Part shown: piece by piece, positions 104,286 to 115,619 of the stretch
How positions within the stretch are numbered: the first letter of the stretch is position 1
Layout: every line of letters starts with the position of its first letter
Source: Andalucia godoyi And28
Lineage: Eukaryota > Protista > Jakobida
Direction of reading: 5' to 3'
Length of the DNA: 248,000 bases
Assembly: GCA_009859145.1 (NCBI GenBank)
Contig: VRVR01000021.1
Coordinates: 20,001-268,000 of the forward strand
Program-made: the position numbers and the translations under genes
The notes under the pieces: model-generated
What the model was told of the DNA's origin: nothing
Seen by the model: the letters and a program-made list of their open reading frames with translations, nothing else
Databases searched by the model: none

Positions 104286-104668
104286 CGTCGGCGTTTGAAA
104301 ACCGCCTCAAACGATACGGTGAAGCAAACACTTTATAATACTGATTCTGTTCTGCCGACAGAAGCAAAAGCGACGTTGCTTCCGTAGAAACGGGGGAAGA
104401 TGCCTGACATGTCTGCATGGTTTCATTCTTCATGCGTAAAGAATAAGTGAATGAACTGGTCAATTGAAGAACAAAAACAAAACAAACCAATTTTCGGCTT
104501 TCCAGCACTTGAGCCCCTTGTCAGACGTGCAGAAGTTCCTTGGAAGTTGGGGAGCAACGAAGAACAGACTCAAAAAGGATTTGAATACGGGAAGACGCCG
104601 AAACTGCGAAATTCGACTCGACATGCAGACAAATACACAAGATAAGGCCTCTTGTTTCGCGAACACGT

Positions 104669-105745
104669 GTGCTTTTCGTCAGTCGCTGTTGTTATAAAAT
104701 GGTTTCTCGCCGGGTGATATTCACGCTCCTTGGAACAGGGTCTTCTAGAGGCACGCCAACTATCGAGAAATGCTTGCTTGACCCTTCGCTAGTGCTCACT
104801 GCCGAACTGCGGCACAATCCGTCATTGCTTGTGCAGGTTGTTGACACAAGCATGCCAGCTGGTCCGAACGCAGTCAAGCTTCAATTGCTTGTGGACATGG
104901 GGAAGACGTTTAGGTTCTCCATAATGGATCATTTGAAAAGATGTGTTCAGCATGCACAAACTCCGGACTCCAAGTTGGTGTTTCCATTTCTTCGCCCAGC
105001 ATTCGACGGGGTGTTTATCACGCATGGTCATGCGGACGCAATGGGTGGACTAGATGATTTGAGAGAACTCAACAACACTTCGGATTGTGTATCCATGCCT
105101 GTCTATGCAGATAGGAAAACCATGGGCGACGTGTCTTCTACGTTTCCGTACATGTTCTCAACGAGTTCAAACGGACTATACCTGCCATCCGCTTCCCCAA
105201 TTGCATTTGACTATTTCCAAGAAATCAAGTTTCTTGGAGGTTCTTTCTCGGTTATTCCCGTCCCCACAACCCATGGCAACGTAACCTGTTCTGGCTTTGT
105301 CTTTCGGTGGTCAGAGAAGCACGGAGTTGGTGGTGCGTATCAAGCTGCGTATTTTTCGGATTTTCACTGCCCGCCCATCTCTCCAAAAGTCATTGATTTT
105401 AAAAACAGATCCGCATGGTCAGCATACGCTCCGTTGGAAGACTTTTTGACGTGTTTTGCGTATCCCGAAGAGACGATACGCGTGTTGAAGGAATGCCCAC
105501 TTCATCATCTCGTGCTCGATACTTTGAGCCCTGATTTCTTCTATCCATCGCATGCCTGCTTCTTTGAAGCGGAAAAAGTGGTCGATGCAATCATGCAAGC
105601 AGGTGTGTCACTATCAAACTGTCGTGTTTGCAACATCGGAATGTCTGCGTTCATTGACAAGGAGTGGTATTCTGCCTTGGACCCTCCGTCAAGGATATGT
105701 GTGTCACATGATGGAGATCAGTTCGTGCTGCCCTCGTCAGAATAA
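104669..105745 (+). CDS. Metallo-beta-lactamase hydrolase, PhnP-like
   Basis: LGTGSSRGTP, THGHADAMGGLDDLR. Confidence 0.85.
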   Translation: MLFVSRCCYKMVSRRVIFTLLGTGSSRGTPTIEKCLLDPSLVLTAELRHNPSLLVQVVDTSMPAGPNAVKLQLLVDMGKTFRFSIMDHLKRCVQHAQTPDSKLVFPFLRPAFDGVFITHGHADAMGGLDDLRELNNTSDCVSMPVYADRKTMGDVSSTFPYMFSTSSNGLYLPSASPIAFDYFQEIKFLGGSFSVIPVPTTHGNVTCSGFVFRWSEKHGVGGAYQAAYFSDFHCPPISPKVIDFKNRSAWSAYAPLEDFLTCFAYPEETIRVLKECPLHHLVLDTLSPDFFYPSHACFFEAEKVVDAIMQAGVSLSNCRVCNIGMSAFIDKEWYSALDPPSRICVSHDGDQFVLPSSE

Positions 105746-105858
105746 ACATTGAAAATTTATGAATAACCCCCCCCCCCCCTCCCCCTGCTTCTATTTTGGT
105801 GAGTATCAGCATTTCTGGATATCCGGTGAGATTCGACAACCGTTTACGACAACGATGA

Positions 105859-108057
105859 TCAGGCAGCCTCGTCCTTCCGCTTCTTCTTGTATTCATTGAT
105901 CAACTCTTCCTGGCTGGATTGAGGTACTGGTGAATGTTGCTTGTATTCCATTGAGAACTCCCCCTTGCCTTGTGTTGCAGAACGAAGATCTGTGGAATAC
106001 CCAAACATTGCTGCGAGAGGGACGTCGCAATCAATCTGCACGAAATCGGATTCTGTCGTTGCATTCGTGATGGTTCCTTTCCGGCGATTCAAACCCCCCA
106101 TAACGACACCTTGAAATTCTACTGGCGCGCTCACCTGCACCTTCATGACGGGTTCCAAAATCACAGGGCGAGCTTCACCGGACGTGGCAGCGAAGACGGA
106201 ACGGAAGGCTCCCATTGCTGCCATGCGAAACGCCATTTCGTTCGAATCGACGGAGTGGGCGGCTCCATCTGTGAGAACAACGCGAACTCCCCAGACCGGG
106301 TGACCAATCAGAGGTCCTTTAGTCACCGCTTCTCGGAAGCCCTTCTCAATCGCGGGGAAGAAGGCAGGAGGAATGGCATTTCCAACGATGCCATTCACAA
106401 ACTCGAATTTCGTCTCCGCATTAGGCGGCAGAGGTTCGACATATCCTGCAACTCGACCGAACTGGCCAGCCCCTCCCGATTGCTTCTTGTGAGTATAATC
106501 AAATGTCACTTTTCCAGTAATTGCCTCACGATAAGCTACGTATGGCGCCGAAGTCGTCACATCGCATTTGTACTCGCGTTTCATTCTTTCCACGTAAATC
106601 TCTAGATGCAATTCTCCCATTCCTGCAATCATTGTGGTCTTTGCCTCTGGATCAAACGACACACGAAACGTAGGATCCTCCTTACTGAAACGCTGCAGGG
106701 CCTTGGAGAAATTCGACGCCGTGTCTTTCTTTGTAGGAGCCACTGCAAGAGACATAACCGGGTCAGGGACGAACATGGAAGACATTGCGATCTTCTCAGC
106801 GGAATTACCGGACAAAAACGTATCACCAGTCGAGCAATCCACACCAAACATTGCTCCAATTTCTCCAGACGAGAGTTCCTCGACATCTTCCATTTCATTT
106901 GAATGCATGCGAACCAGGCGCGGGACCTTAAACTTCTTTCCGGACGACACATTCACAAGATTGTCCCCACGGCGCAAAGTTCCTTGGTACACTCGGACGT
107001 ACGTGAGCTGTCCAAAACGTCCGTCATCCAACTTGAAGGCCAAAGCTACGCAATCCAAGGACGGATCAGATGTCAGAGTAATCGGTGTTTCCACAGAGGT
107101 AGGATTGCCCAATTCGTCATTGCCCTGGGTAATACGTAATGCATTGATCGCCTTTTCGGTAGGACTCGGCAGGTACTTGAGAACTCCATCAAGCAGTGGT
107201 TGGATGCCCTTGTTCTTGAAGGCCGAGCCACAGAAAACGGGAGTGAACTTCAAGGCCAGCGTTTGGCGCCTTATCGCAGCTTCGATCTGCTCCGCTGAAG
107301 GATGTTCCTCATTGAGAATCTGTTCCGCAATAGCGTCATCGATGTCACCAAGGCGATCAACGAGCTCCTGTCGAATATCCTTCACCCGTTCACGTACTTC
107401 AGTGGGAATCGTATCGGAAAGAACCAGCTTCTCCCCACGGTCTCCTTCAAAATGCATCGTCTGCTCCCGAATGACGTCCACAATGTCGCGAAAGTTCTCT
107501 TCAACACCAACAGGAACCTGCAGCAGAGACGCATTCAGTTTGAGCTTGTCTCTCAGCTGCTGGGTAACGCGAAATGGAGAAGCCCCCTGCCGATCCAACT
107601 TGTTGACAAACGCGACTCTCGGGACCCCATACCTCCGCATTTGGCGATCAACTGTATAGGACTGAGACTGAACACCAGAAACGCCGCACAAAACCATAAT
107701 GGCACCGTCCAAAACTCTCAATGCACGTTCTACTTCAATCGTGAAGTCAACGTGTCCCGGAGTATCAATAATGTTAACCTGATTTCCTTTCCATGTGCAG
107801 TAGGTGGCAGCAGATTGAATTGTAATTCCTTTTTCTCGTTCCAGATCCATAGAATCCATCTTCGCTCCAACACCGTCCTTTCCCTTCACTTCATGAATCT
107901 CGTGAATCCTTCCTGTGTAGAATAGAATGCGTTCCGTCAGGGTCGTTTTGCCGGAGTCGATATGCGCCGAAATGCCAATATTTCGAGTATTCCGCAAAAC
108001 ATCAGACGGAGTGAACGAATTTGACGAGAACAACCGCCGAGACAACAGCCGAAACAT
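105859..108057 (-). CDS. GFM1: Mitochondrial elongation factor G
   Basis: [31 protein letters not shown]-terminal presequence. Confidence 0.96.
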   Translation of the reverse strand: MFRLLSRRLFSSNSFTPSDVLRNTRNIGISAHIDSGKTTLTERILFYTGRIHEIHEVKGKDGVGAKMDSMDLEREKGITIQSAATYCTWKGNQVNIIDTPGHVDFTIEVERALRVLDGAIMVLCGVSGVQSQSYTVDRQMRRYGVPRVAFVNKLDRQGASPFRVTQQLRDKLKLNASLLQVPVGVEENFRDIVDVIREQTMHFEGDRGEKLVLSDTIPTEVRERVKDIRQELVDRLGDIDDAIAEQILNEEHPSAEQIEAAIRRQTLALKFTPVFCGSAFKNKGIQPLLDGVLKYLPSPTEKAINALRITQGNDELGNPTSVETPITLTSDPSLDCVALAFKLDDGRFGQLTYVRVYQGTLRRGDNLVNVSSGKKFKVPRLVRMHSNEMEDVEELSSGEIGAMFGVDCSTGDTFLSGNSAEKIAMSSMFVPDPVMSLAVAPTKKDTASNFSKALQRFSKEDPTFRVSFDPEAKTTMIAGMGELHLEIYVERMKREYKCDVTTSAPYVAYREAITGKVTFDYTHKKQSGGAGQFGRVAGYVEPLPPNAETKFEFVNGIVGNAIPPAFFPAIEKGFREAVTKGPLIGHPVWGVRVVLTDGAAHSVDSNEMAFRMAAMGAFRSVFAATSGEARPVILEPVMKVQVSAPVEFQGVVMGGLNRRKGTITNATTESDFVQIDCDVPLAAMFGYSTDLRSATQGKGEFSMEYKQHSPVPQSSQEELINEYKKKRKDEAA

Positions 108058-108274
108058 GATAAACACTCTCGAGAAACAAAAACAAAAAAATAAGATGGCA
108101 GACAAGGAAGGGGAAAAATACAGTTGTGAAGAAAAGGAGGAAAAGAAGAGGAAAACGACACAGACGAAAGTTGATCAACTTTGGCAGAATTAAAAACCTG
108201 AAGGATGGAAAAAACAGCGAAAAAGCAAAATTGTTTACGTCTGTTGTGCATAATTACGACGTCTATCGCCTCCA

Positions 108275-108381
108275 CGCCTACATTGTACACTGATTACGCA
108301 TGACCATCGCCAGTCATGCGTAATCAGTGCTGCAACCCCGGACTCTGTTGCAGTAACGAGAAGGGAATAGGCCTCAATACG
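108275..108381 (-). ncRNA. Candidate Fanzor omegaRNA scaffold (divergent variant)
   Basis: TTGAG-GCCTAT..CTC stem-loop and CACTGATTACGCATGAC/GTCATGCGTAATCAGTG hairpin. Confidence 0.6.
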
Positions 108382-108641
108382 TACTTCGGCGTTCAAGTCG
108401 CGACCAATCCGTCGTCCGACATGCACACCGTGGACATGTAAAGGTTCTGTTCCAACGGAAGTGACGGGTGGGACATGCCCCACCGTCCGCATGTCTTGGA
108501 AGAACACTCTTCCGTGACGATCGCGGTCTGACCTGGAAGCCCCTGAACTCGTGTACTTTGTGCAACAACAATCACTGCTGAAACTCATAATGGTCCCCCA
108601 CGACAGCATCTTCGACGCCATTGAAAATGGGGGGGAAACGG
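108275..108641 (-). mobile_element. Diverged Fanzor2 relic with right end
   Basis: Frameshifted ASKMLSW/HYEFQQ*LLLHKVHEF/IVTEECSSKTCGRWG/NRTFTCPRCAC/IGRDLNA, then a perfect 17 bp hairpin and TACAATGTAGGCG. Confidence 0.85.
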
Positions 108642-108658
108642 TACGATGCAAAACGATT

Positions 108659-111019
108659 CTAAGAACTATCTGGACGACGGGAGGACTGGGGCAAAGGAAT
108701 AAGAACTGGCACTAAGCTAGAAATTCTGTCCAGGATCGGAGCCTTGCTGTCCGGCTGTAAACTGCACGCTGCATGATCTGCAGCGGCGCGATTCGCAAGC
108801 GCACTGTTCTCTGTGATTAAACCCGATTCCAGAGATGACGCATCGTTTCGAACACGGACACCGTGTTCGGCAACGTCGTCGACTTTCTCGGCAGATAAGA
108901 TCTTCAACCAATGCTTCGTTCGTTTCATTAGGACAGCAAAACAAGACGGGTAACACTTCTGCTGCGAGACGCGCTTCAGCTTGACAAGCACTCCATACTT
109001 GAAGAAGTCCGGAAGACAGCTGAAGTCCAAATCTGCGGTCTGCAGCATGTCGAGGACCTCCGCAACATTCTTTCCGGCCATTTCCTCCTGAGAATACCTC
109101 GTACGAGCGTACGCATTCACTGCATTGCGGAACCCATCATCCATGCGAGACAGCGTGTACACAAGCATCGAATGATCATCCGGAAGATTGAACACTCGAG
109201 CATCAAAATGGGAACGACAGCCATAGATTACCTTGATGGCTTTCGAATCATAACCATTATCTTTTGTAAACGGCTGCTTCATCATGTGATAATTGAACCG
109301 TGTTGCTGCAAAAGACGCAAATACAGAGCAAATTTTCTGCATTCGTCCAGAAAACATAGGGCGCCATGATTCACGCTTCTGCGGATCCTCTGGAGGAAAA
109401 AACAAGAGAGAGATTTCGTCAGTTTCACAATAAGCAGCGTTGGCTTTAAATTCCACCAACAGATCAGAAGCAGTGTGCGCCATTGCGCGAAAGAAAAAGA
109501 TGTCGAAAGGCTTTTTGAGATTTTTCACGAACTTGCTGAACGCCCTCCCATCCAACCGTACGACATACGGTTTGTCAGGAAGAATGCCGTGCTCCCATTC
109601 TTTTTCCTTTGTGCGGAAGGACTTTCCGGCATCCAAATTCTGGTACATATTTGCGAGCATAGCCCCAACAGACTCCGGGAGTCCAACAGCTGCCGTGGCG
109701 TTTGTGAAATGAAGAACACCGTACTCATCAGACTCCGGTGGCAATTTTCTGGAGATTGCTAGAGCTCGTAGCCGTTGCTCTTCTTCAACAACTTTCAGGT
109801 GATCTCCTACGTAGTCATCTACGGACATCACTCCTCCAGGGACAAGTCTTTCCAATGATTCAGTAAAATTTGATGGAAACTGTCCTCGTACATCGGAGGA
109901 AATAGAAGAAGCAAGAACTGGCTGCGTAATCATGTCACCACCGTTAGTTAAATCATCGTCGTCATCAGACTCCGACTCCGACTCAGACTCAGACTCAGAC
110001 TCAGACTCATCCGCAACAACAAATGACCGTGTCAAATTTGATCGCACCACGCTTGGAAATCTGTCATCGTCGCAATCGACATTCTTTGGCTCTGCGTCTT
110101 CCTCGGAAACGGCTTCGTCGTCTGACTGTGGCAAACTGGAAATATTCACTTCACCACCTCTGCGTCTTTCGGATGAATCAGCTTCAAGCACAGCAGTGCG
110201 GGGTTTCTTAGCAACCTTGGAAGCCTGCAGATCGGTACTTGCCAATCTACGTTTCTTACCAAGTGGGTTGAGTAAATTCAACCTTTCGCACCACAAAATG
110301 TCATAAACAACCAGGAAATCAGAAGGGTTCAAAGAGTGGTAGAGAGATGAAACCCTCTCTGCAGCTTCCAAACAGTCCACCTCCGAGGGGAGACGACAGC
110401 TTCTCATTATGTAGTCAATTTGGACAGCACTTCCATCTTGCATAGCAATTTGGCGAGCAATAGACGCCAGGTACCGATATACCCACGTCTGCTTGCCCGT
110501 TGCGATGAGGTTTTGCGCATTGTCGGGTAATGTAAACAATTCCAAATGCTCGTCTCGAGAAAACGATGTCGACTCGGGATGCGCGTTTCCTTCAGTTTGC
110601 AGCGCGCCGAAGGATGCCGCAGGAGACGGAGGCTCCTTGTGCAAGGACGGTTGAACGGGAATCGCATCCTTCTCCGTGACCACCTTTTGAGAAATTGCAG
110701 GTCTGTCAGAAGCAGGTGACTGATGCAAGAGGTGAAGCAATACGTTGGACAGTGCGCCTATTTGTTCTTTGAACTTCCTGTCAATGACGTCAGTCATCCT
110801 GTCTTCCATCTGCCTCATCTGTGACATCACAGCCCGCTTAATACCCTCTTCAACAGCGACGTTGACGGCAGACGTTGAAACACTCTTCGACGGAGTTGCC
110901 ATTCCAGGTGTTGGAAGCGTCATGGCGGGCGATGATGGAGGAAGCAACGCAGCAAACTCATCGAAATATGAAAACTTGGATGCACTTCCATCTTTTTTTG
111001 AGACGCTTGGACGGTGCAT
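108659..111019 (-). CDS. THG1: Thg1-like 3'-5' polymerase with long N-terminal extension
   Basis: YVVRLDGRAFSKF..KPFD..ETDEISL..FSGRMQK..SHFDARVF. Confidence 0.85.
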   Translation of the reverse strand: MHRPSVSKKDGSASKFSYFDEFAALLPPSSPAMTLPTPGMATPSKSVSTSAVNVAVEEGIKRAVMSQMRQMEDRMTDVIDRKFKEQIGALSNVLLHLLHQSPASDRPAISQKVVTEKDAIPVQPSLHKEPPSPAASFGALQTEGNAHPESTSFSRDEHLELFTLPDNAQNLIATGKQTWVYRYLASIARQIAMQDGSAVQIDYIMRSCRLPSEVDCLEAAERVSSLYHSLNPSDFLVVYDILWCERLNLLNPLGKKRRLASTDLQASKVAKKPRTAVLEADSSERRRGGEVNISSLPQSDDEAVSEEDAEPKNVDCDDDRFPSVVRSNLTRSFVVADESESESESESESESDDDDDLTNGGDMITQPVLASSISSDVRGQFPSNFTESLERLVPGGVMSVDDYVGDHLKVVEEEQRLRALAISRKLPPESDEYGVLHFTNATAAVGLPESVGAMLANMYQNLDAGKSFRTKEKEWEHGILPDKPYVVRLDGRAFSKFVKNLKKPFDIFFFRAMAHTASDLLVEFKANAAYCETDEISLLFFPPEDPQKRESWRPMFSGRMQKICSVFASFAATRFNYHMMKQPFTKDNGYDSKAIKVIYGCRSHFDARVFNLPDDHSMLVYTLSRMDDGFRNAVNAYARTRYSQEEMAGKNVAEVLDMLQTADLDFSCLPDFFKYGVLVKLKRVSQQKCYPSCFAVLMKRTKHWLKILSAEKVDDVAEHGVRVRNDASSLESGLITENSALANRAAADHAACSLQPDSKAPILDRISSLVPVLIPLPQSSRRPDSS

Positions 111020-111387
111020 CGAGGTTGAAGAGAGAAACAATCCTGCTTCAGAAAGCTGAGCTCTCGTTTTTTGTGATTGAACTGGTGTCGGTTTTGGGGG
111101 GGGGTTTCCCGACTGAGTTTTTTGCTTTCGACAGTTGTCAAAAGTTCGAAACTCGGGAGGAGTCCAAGGAAGTTGAGTCGCTAAAGCAATCCAGCTGTAG
111201 TTGTTCGAAAATCTTTCATTAAGGACGCTCATTAGCATCTGCGGAAACCCTGGAAACCCTAGCTGCTTTTTTTCCTTCCTGCCAGTCTGGATTTTTATCT
111301 TCTTCTCCGAATTGCCATCTTTTTTTCAATTTTGCAGAATTTTTGATCATAACTGGCCCATTTAGCGAAAGTAGATAGTAGCTTGCC

Positions 111388-111933
111388 ATGTTGATTCCCA
111401 AGAAGGACCGCCGTCTCATTTATGAGTATCTCTTCACCAACGGAGTTCTCGTTGCTGCAAAGAATGTCAACCTTCCGAAGCATTCTGACGAACTCCCCGT
111501 CAAGAACTTGTATGTTACGAAGCTTGCACAGTCTTTGACCTCCAAGGGATTCATTAAGGAGACCTTCGCCTGGCAGCACCACTACTACTACCTCACTGAC
111601 GCTGGTATTAACTACTTGCGTGAGGCTTTGGGTGCACCTGCCGAGGTTGTCCCTTCGACTTTGAAGGAGAAGGCACGTCCTGCCCGTCCCACTTCGCTCC
111701 CCGAGCGTCGTGGACCTCCTCGTGGTGGCTTCCGTGGTGGAGATCGCGAAGGATACCGCCGCAACAACAAGGAAGGTGCCGCCCCTGGCGGTTTCGCACC
111801 TCGTTTTGCTGGCAATGCAGAAGGTGGTGAGCGCCCTGCCCGCTCTGCCGAGGGTGGCGACCGACCTCGTCGCTTCGGAGGACGTGGTGGTGCTCCTCGT
111901 GGCGACCGCGCTCCCGCACAGCCGTCTGCGTAA
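111388..111933 (+). CDS. RPS10: 40S ribosomal protein S10
   Basis: MLIPKKDRRLIYEYLF, FAWQHHYYYLT. Confidence 0.97.
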   Translation: MLIPKKDRRLIYEYLFTNGVLVAAKNVNLPKHSDELPVKNLYVTKLAQSLTSKGFIKETFAWQHHYYYLTDAGINYLREALGAPAEVVPSTLKEKARPARPTSLPERRGPPRGGFRGGDREGYRRNNKEGAAPGGFAPRFAGNAEGGERPARSAEGGDRPRRFGGRGGAPRGDRAPAQPSA

Positions 111934-112394
111934 ATAAAATCCATACAGTTGATCCACGGTTCCGATGTATTTTTAATCCCTATAATGAGTTTGTCGGAAG
112001 ACGTCCTTCTACTCGTTTTTTTAAAATTATCTTTCGTTTTCAAATCACAAAAATACGGCATGGCTCATTTCAGGTCTTCTTGTTGGATTATCCAAATCCG
112101 TTTGTAATTGCATTTCAACAGCCTCCCCCGCATGCGTTTATTCTTAATCCCACAGCTGGGATCATTCGTACCATCAGCACGAAAAAGCGGACCGCTCCTG
112201 CGAAGTTCAGAGGGGTCACTGCCGCTGCATTTCTGCGTGAAACTGTCCAGCAACTCGACTGGGTATTTTTTTGCCTTCCACAGACATTATCACTTCAACG
112301 GTTTTCCCATAATTTTCCTTTTATGAAGGTTAACTCGTCGCCTGTCGGCTGTGCGTTGAAACTGTTGTAACCAACCTGATTCTGGCTCCCGCTT

Positions 112395-112853
112395 CCGCTC
112401 GCCAAAACATGAATCATTATCGATCATCATCGGCTAAGCTGTCACCGAAGACAGATCCAAGCCACATGTTTTTGTTTTCTGTGTTTTTATTGGGGAGGGG
112501 GGGCGAGCACCAGCTCTTCAACGCAGACTGCTGTGCATCAAAGAGTCGTCGCTTCTTCATCAACGGGTTCTTTGGGTCTCCGCATCTTCGGGCATGGCCG
112601 GTGTGAGTTGGTCGGGAAGATCCCTCTTTGGAGCCATGCGATTTTTTGTCTTTGATGAAATGTGCTGTTTGAGGGTCCGATTTTGAAAAACAAACAGAAG
112701 AAGAAAAAGGAAAAGATTGAAAAGTGAAGAATGAAGACATTCTAGACTTGACTACGGTAAGAAAATCGCGTCCCCCGTAGGGTTAGATAAGCAAACTTCC
112801 GGTATGATGTTGTTTGATGCTCAACTTTGATAAACACAAAAAGCTAGCAGCCG
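112395..112853 (+). mobile_element. MITE-like element family C copy 3 (full length)
   Basis: CCGCTCGCC ... AAAAGCTAGCAGCCG; near-identical to the 137.3 kb copy. Confidence 0.8.
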
Positions 112854-112944
112854 CCGTCCATCCTGAGGTTTTTCCGTTTTCTGCTCTCTGTTCTTTCTGC
112901 TCTGTCTGGTTCTCTGTGCATTAATTGTTCCGAGTCCACACGAC

Positions 112945-114309
112945 ATGGACCCGAATTTTGCTCCCAGTCAGGTTCTTTCGTATCTCCAGAGCCATGGGAT
113001 ATTTGACCAACTTGTATCTGAAGGAGTGCTGCAAATTCAAGCGCATGATTCGTACGCATTCCTGAAAGACTCTGCAACGCGACAAGTGCACAACTCTGCA
113101 GTATTTTCTGCTGCAAACTCCAGTTCCATGTCGAAACAGGAGATTGTGCGACGCCTGAAGGAAGAACTGATGTCTTCTCGTCTCCGCGAACAACTTACAG
113201 AGCGCGTCTCTCGTCTTTTTGACACTGGGCAAACTGCTTTTGCAAGGGACAGATCTGGTTCTATTCATTCCTCCGCAATGTACATGTCCAAAGTCCGTAC
113301 AGAAGTGGAGAGAGCGGTGGACGCACTCGCGATGAGAGATCAAAATAGAGCGATTGCACAAGCTGGGCCCGTGTTGTTTGGCGATGAGATCACGCAATCC
113401 CATGGAAAGGAAAGCTTGAAAAGCGAGCCAAACCCGTATGGTGTCGGCGTCGCTGCCATCGCACTTCAAAGTCAGCTTTCTTCTTCAGGTACCGCGAGTG
113501 TAGTTTCTAGCATGAAAAATCTTTCTCCAGCTCACGCTGCTTCTGCAAGCTCCTCAACAGCGGTTTCTTCGGGATCTTCTGCGCAAGTGCCGCAGGGTTC
113601 TCCAGCGCACGGCGTGGATGCGTCTACTGCTACGGCGGTTCCGGTAGCCTCTTGTACGACACAGCAGTCTTCCACAGTCGAGTTGGAAAAGCCGCAATCT
113701 TCTGTTCTTTTTGGTGTATCGGACTCTGCCGAGTCGGTTGAGGATAAGGGGGCAACGGATGGCCATTCTTCAGATTTCTCGCCTTCGTTTTCTCCCTCAG
113801 TCCTCACTTTTCCACGCCTTGTGGAGAAGGGCTGTGTTCTTCCTTTTGAGGAATTGGTTGTGCATTCCTCCGGGCCTGCGCACGTGGATAACTTGAATTC
113901 TGTATCTTCTGATCAATTTATCCCCGTCGCGCGGCTAAACAAAGCTAATTATGCTACTGCTTGTTTAGTACGTGATGGAAAGGTCAGGCATTTTTCAACC
114001 GCTGAAAAATTGATGGTGCACGTGTCTACTGTGTTGAACTGGGCATCCACAAATTCCACTGAAGACCTCCAGAATTTTGTGTACTTTCGAAAGCAAGTGG
114101 ACGGTCCTGTTCGACGGTTTCGAACTGTTGTGGAAGAGTGTTCGCGCCAGCCTGATGCTTCAAATACTACAACGCTGAAGAGACGTTTGAAGGATGAATC
114201 GGAACCGGTGGTATCCACTCAGAAGCCGTCCGAGAGTGGAGAGTCTCCAGATCCCGGTGACGAAAGGTACCCAAAACGGTTTCGACGAAAGAAAGAATTT
114301 GCGGACTGA
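112945..114309 (+). CDS. Hypothetical protein
   Basis: 454 aa ORF. Confidence 0.55.
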   Translation: MDPNFAPSQVLSYLQSHGIFDQLVSEGVLQIQAHDSYAFLKDSATRQVHNSAVFSAANSSSMSKQEIVRRLKEELMSSRLREQLTERVSRLFDTGQTAFARDRSGSIHSSAMYMSKVRTEVERAVDALAMRDQNRAIAQAGPVLFGDEITQSHGKESLKSEPNPYGVGVAAIALQSQLSSSGTASVVSSMKNLSPAHAASASSSTAVSSGSSAQVPQGSPAHGVDASTATAVPVASCTTQQSSTVELEKPQSSVLFGVSDSAESVEDKGATDGHSSDFSPSFSPSVLTFPRLVEKGCVLPFEELVVHSSGPAHVDNLNSVSSDQFIPVARLNKANYATACLVRDGKVRHFSTAEKLMVHVSTVLNWASTNSTEDLQNFVYFRKQVDGPVRRFRTVVEECSRQPDASNTTTLKRRLKDESEPVVSTQKPSESGESPDPGDERYPKRFRRKKEFAD

Positions 114310-114352
114310 CCGATTTTTTGTTTTCTAATCATCTGTTTGCTTGCGAGTAGTT

Positions 114353-115264
114353 TTATGCAAATTTCCGGTCTTGAAGAGGTTCTTTTTTGAGATAATCCGT
114401 CAATTTTTGGGAAACCGTCTGAAAAACGTTGCCAGCTTTCAGCGTGACAAACGTCAATCGTTGATCTCCTACGTCACAACTTTGACTTGACAAACCATAA
114501 TATGCCGCGGATGCATGAATGAAGCAACGCTGCCATGAATTCGCAGTGTAGATCACCAATGGATCAAGCAGTGCGTTTTGCTTGTGAAAGTGTTCTTCGT
114601 ATTGTTGCTCGAGGCGTCTCAGGAACGCAGAGTCAGTTCCGTATGTTTTCACGAATGACCGAAGTGTTCGAGGAACGTTTCTCATGCGGTCCACAGCAGT
114701 GCACCCATTTCCATCTGCATTCTTTTTTCTGTCTTTCTTCACAAAGAATTCCCGCTGCTCCGTTTCTGACAACTTTGAAAACGGTTCCCAAAATGCAACG
114801 AAATCGGGGTTCTGAAACGCCATACCAAAAATCGATCGGAAAGGGACTGTTTGTACAAGTTGTTCATCATCTGAATCCGCTGACGTGGCATCAGATTTCA
114901 GATCGTCTTGAAATAAAGGTACGGGTTTCATTCTGGCAGTTCGAACGTTTCCGCGCAGCCGCATTGCTTCTTTGTGATAACGCCGACGTCGTTTGCGAAT
115001 GATTCGTTCCGATAACGGATCTCTGTTTTGTTGTTCGCCTGCAGAATCGACAGTTCCAGAGAGCGATTCCGCAGATCTTATATGAGGCGGTGAGCCAATA
115101 CGATTCGATTCACGATCAGTGGGCTTGGGAGACGCCGTTCGACGAATTCGAATAGCATAGGAATTGCCCGTGGAATCGAACCCGGATTCCGATTCCGATT
115201 CCGAATTCGAGATCATTCCATCAGACACAACATGCCGAGGAATTCGTTGAGAAAAGTCGCCCAT
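114353..115264 (-). CDS. R3H domain protein (R3HDM4-like)
   Basis: WQRCFIHASAAYYGLSSQS R3H motif. Confidence 0.7.
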   Translation of the reverse strand: MGDFSQRIPRHVVSDGMISNSESESESGFDSTGNSYAIRIRRTASPKPTDRESNRIGSPPHIRSAESLSGTVDSAGEQQNRDPLSERIIRKRRRRYHKEAMRLRGNVRTARMKPVPLFQDDLKSDATSADSDDEQLVQTVPFRSIFGMAFQNPDFVAFWEPFSKLSETEQREFFVKKDRKKNADGNGCTAVDRMRNVPRTLRSFVKTYGTDSAFLRRLEQQYEEHFHKQNALLDPLVIYTANSWQRCFIHASAAYYGLSSQSCDVGDQRLTFVTLKAGNVFQTVSQKLTDYLKKEPLQDRKFA

Positions 115265-115619
115265 TCGTCCAAGGTACGTGAGTGATGAAAGATAGATGAG
115301 GGAAAGGAAGAAGAGGAGGAGGAAGAAAGAAGAAGAAGAAGAAGCAACAATCCTGCAAACCAGAAAAAAGGCAGACCTTGTAGAGAACAATGGTTTCGGG
115401 AATTCGGATCAGGGCTTCAAATCACTTCAACTTGTCTGAGAAGAATCAAGCATAGCATCAATCCATGCTGTCCGTTACTTTTCAGACAGCGTTGTGGACG
115501 TGTTGTTGCTGAAACCTCTCCCTCACCCCTCCCCACCCCATCTCTTCCTTTGTGCATTTCAACATTTGTTTTTTCTTTGGCCGAACTTGGCAACTCGAAT
115601 ATTTTTTGTCTTTCACACA

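Noticed and set aside
107302-107925. Long antisense ORFs opposite conserved genes (e.g. EF-G, MDH, centrin, FMN reductase)
   Set aside because: Expected shadow frames from codon bias; the opposite strand encodes the recognisable protein
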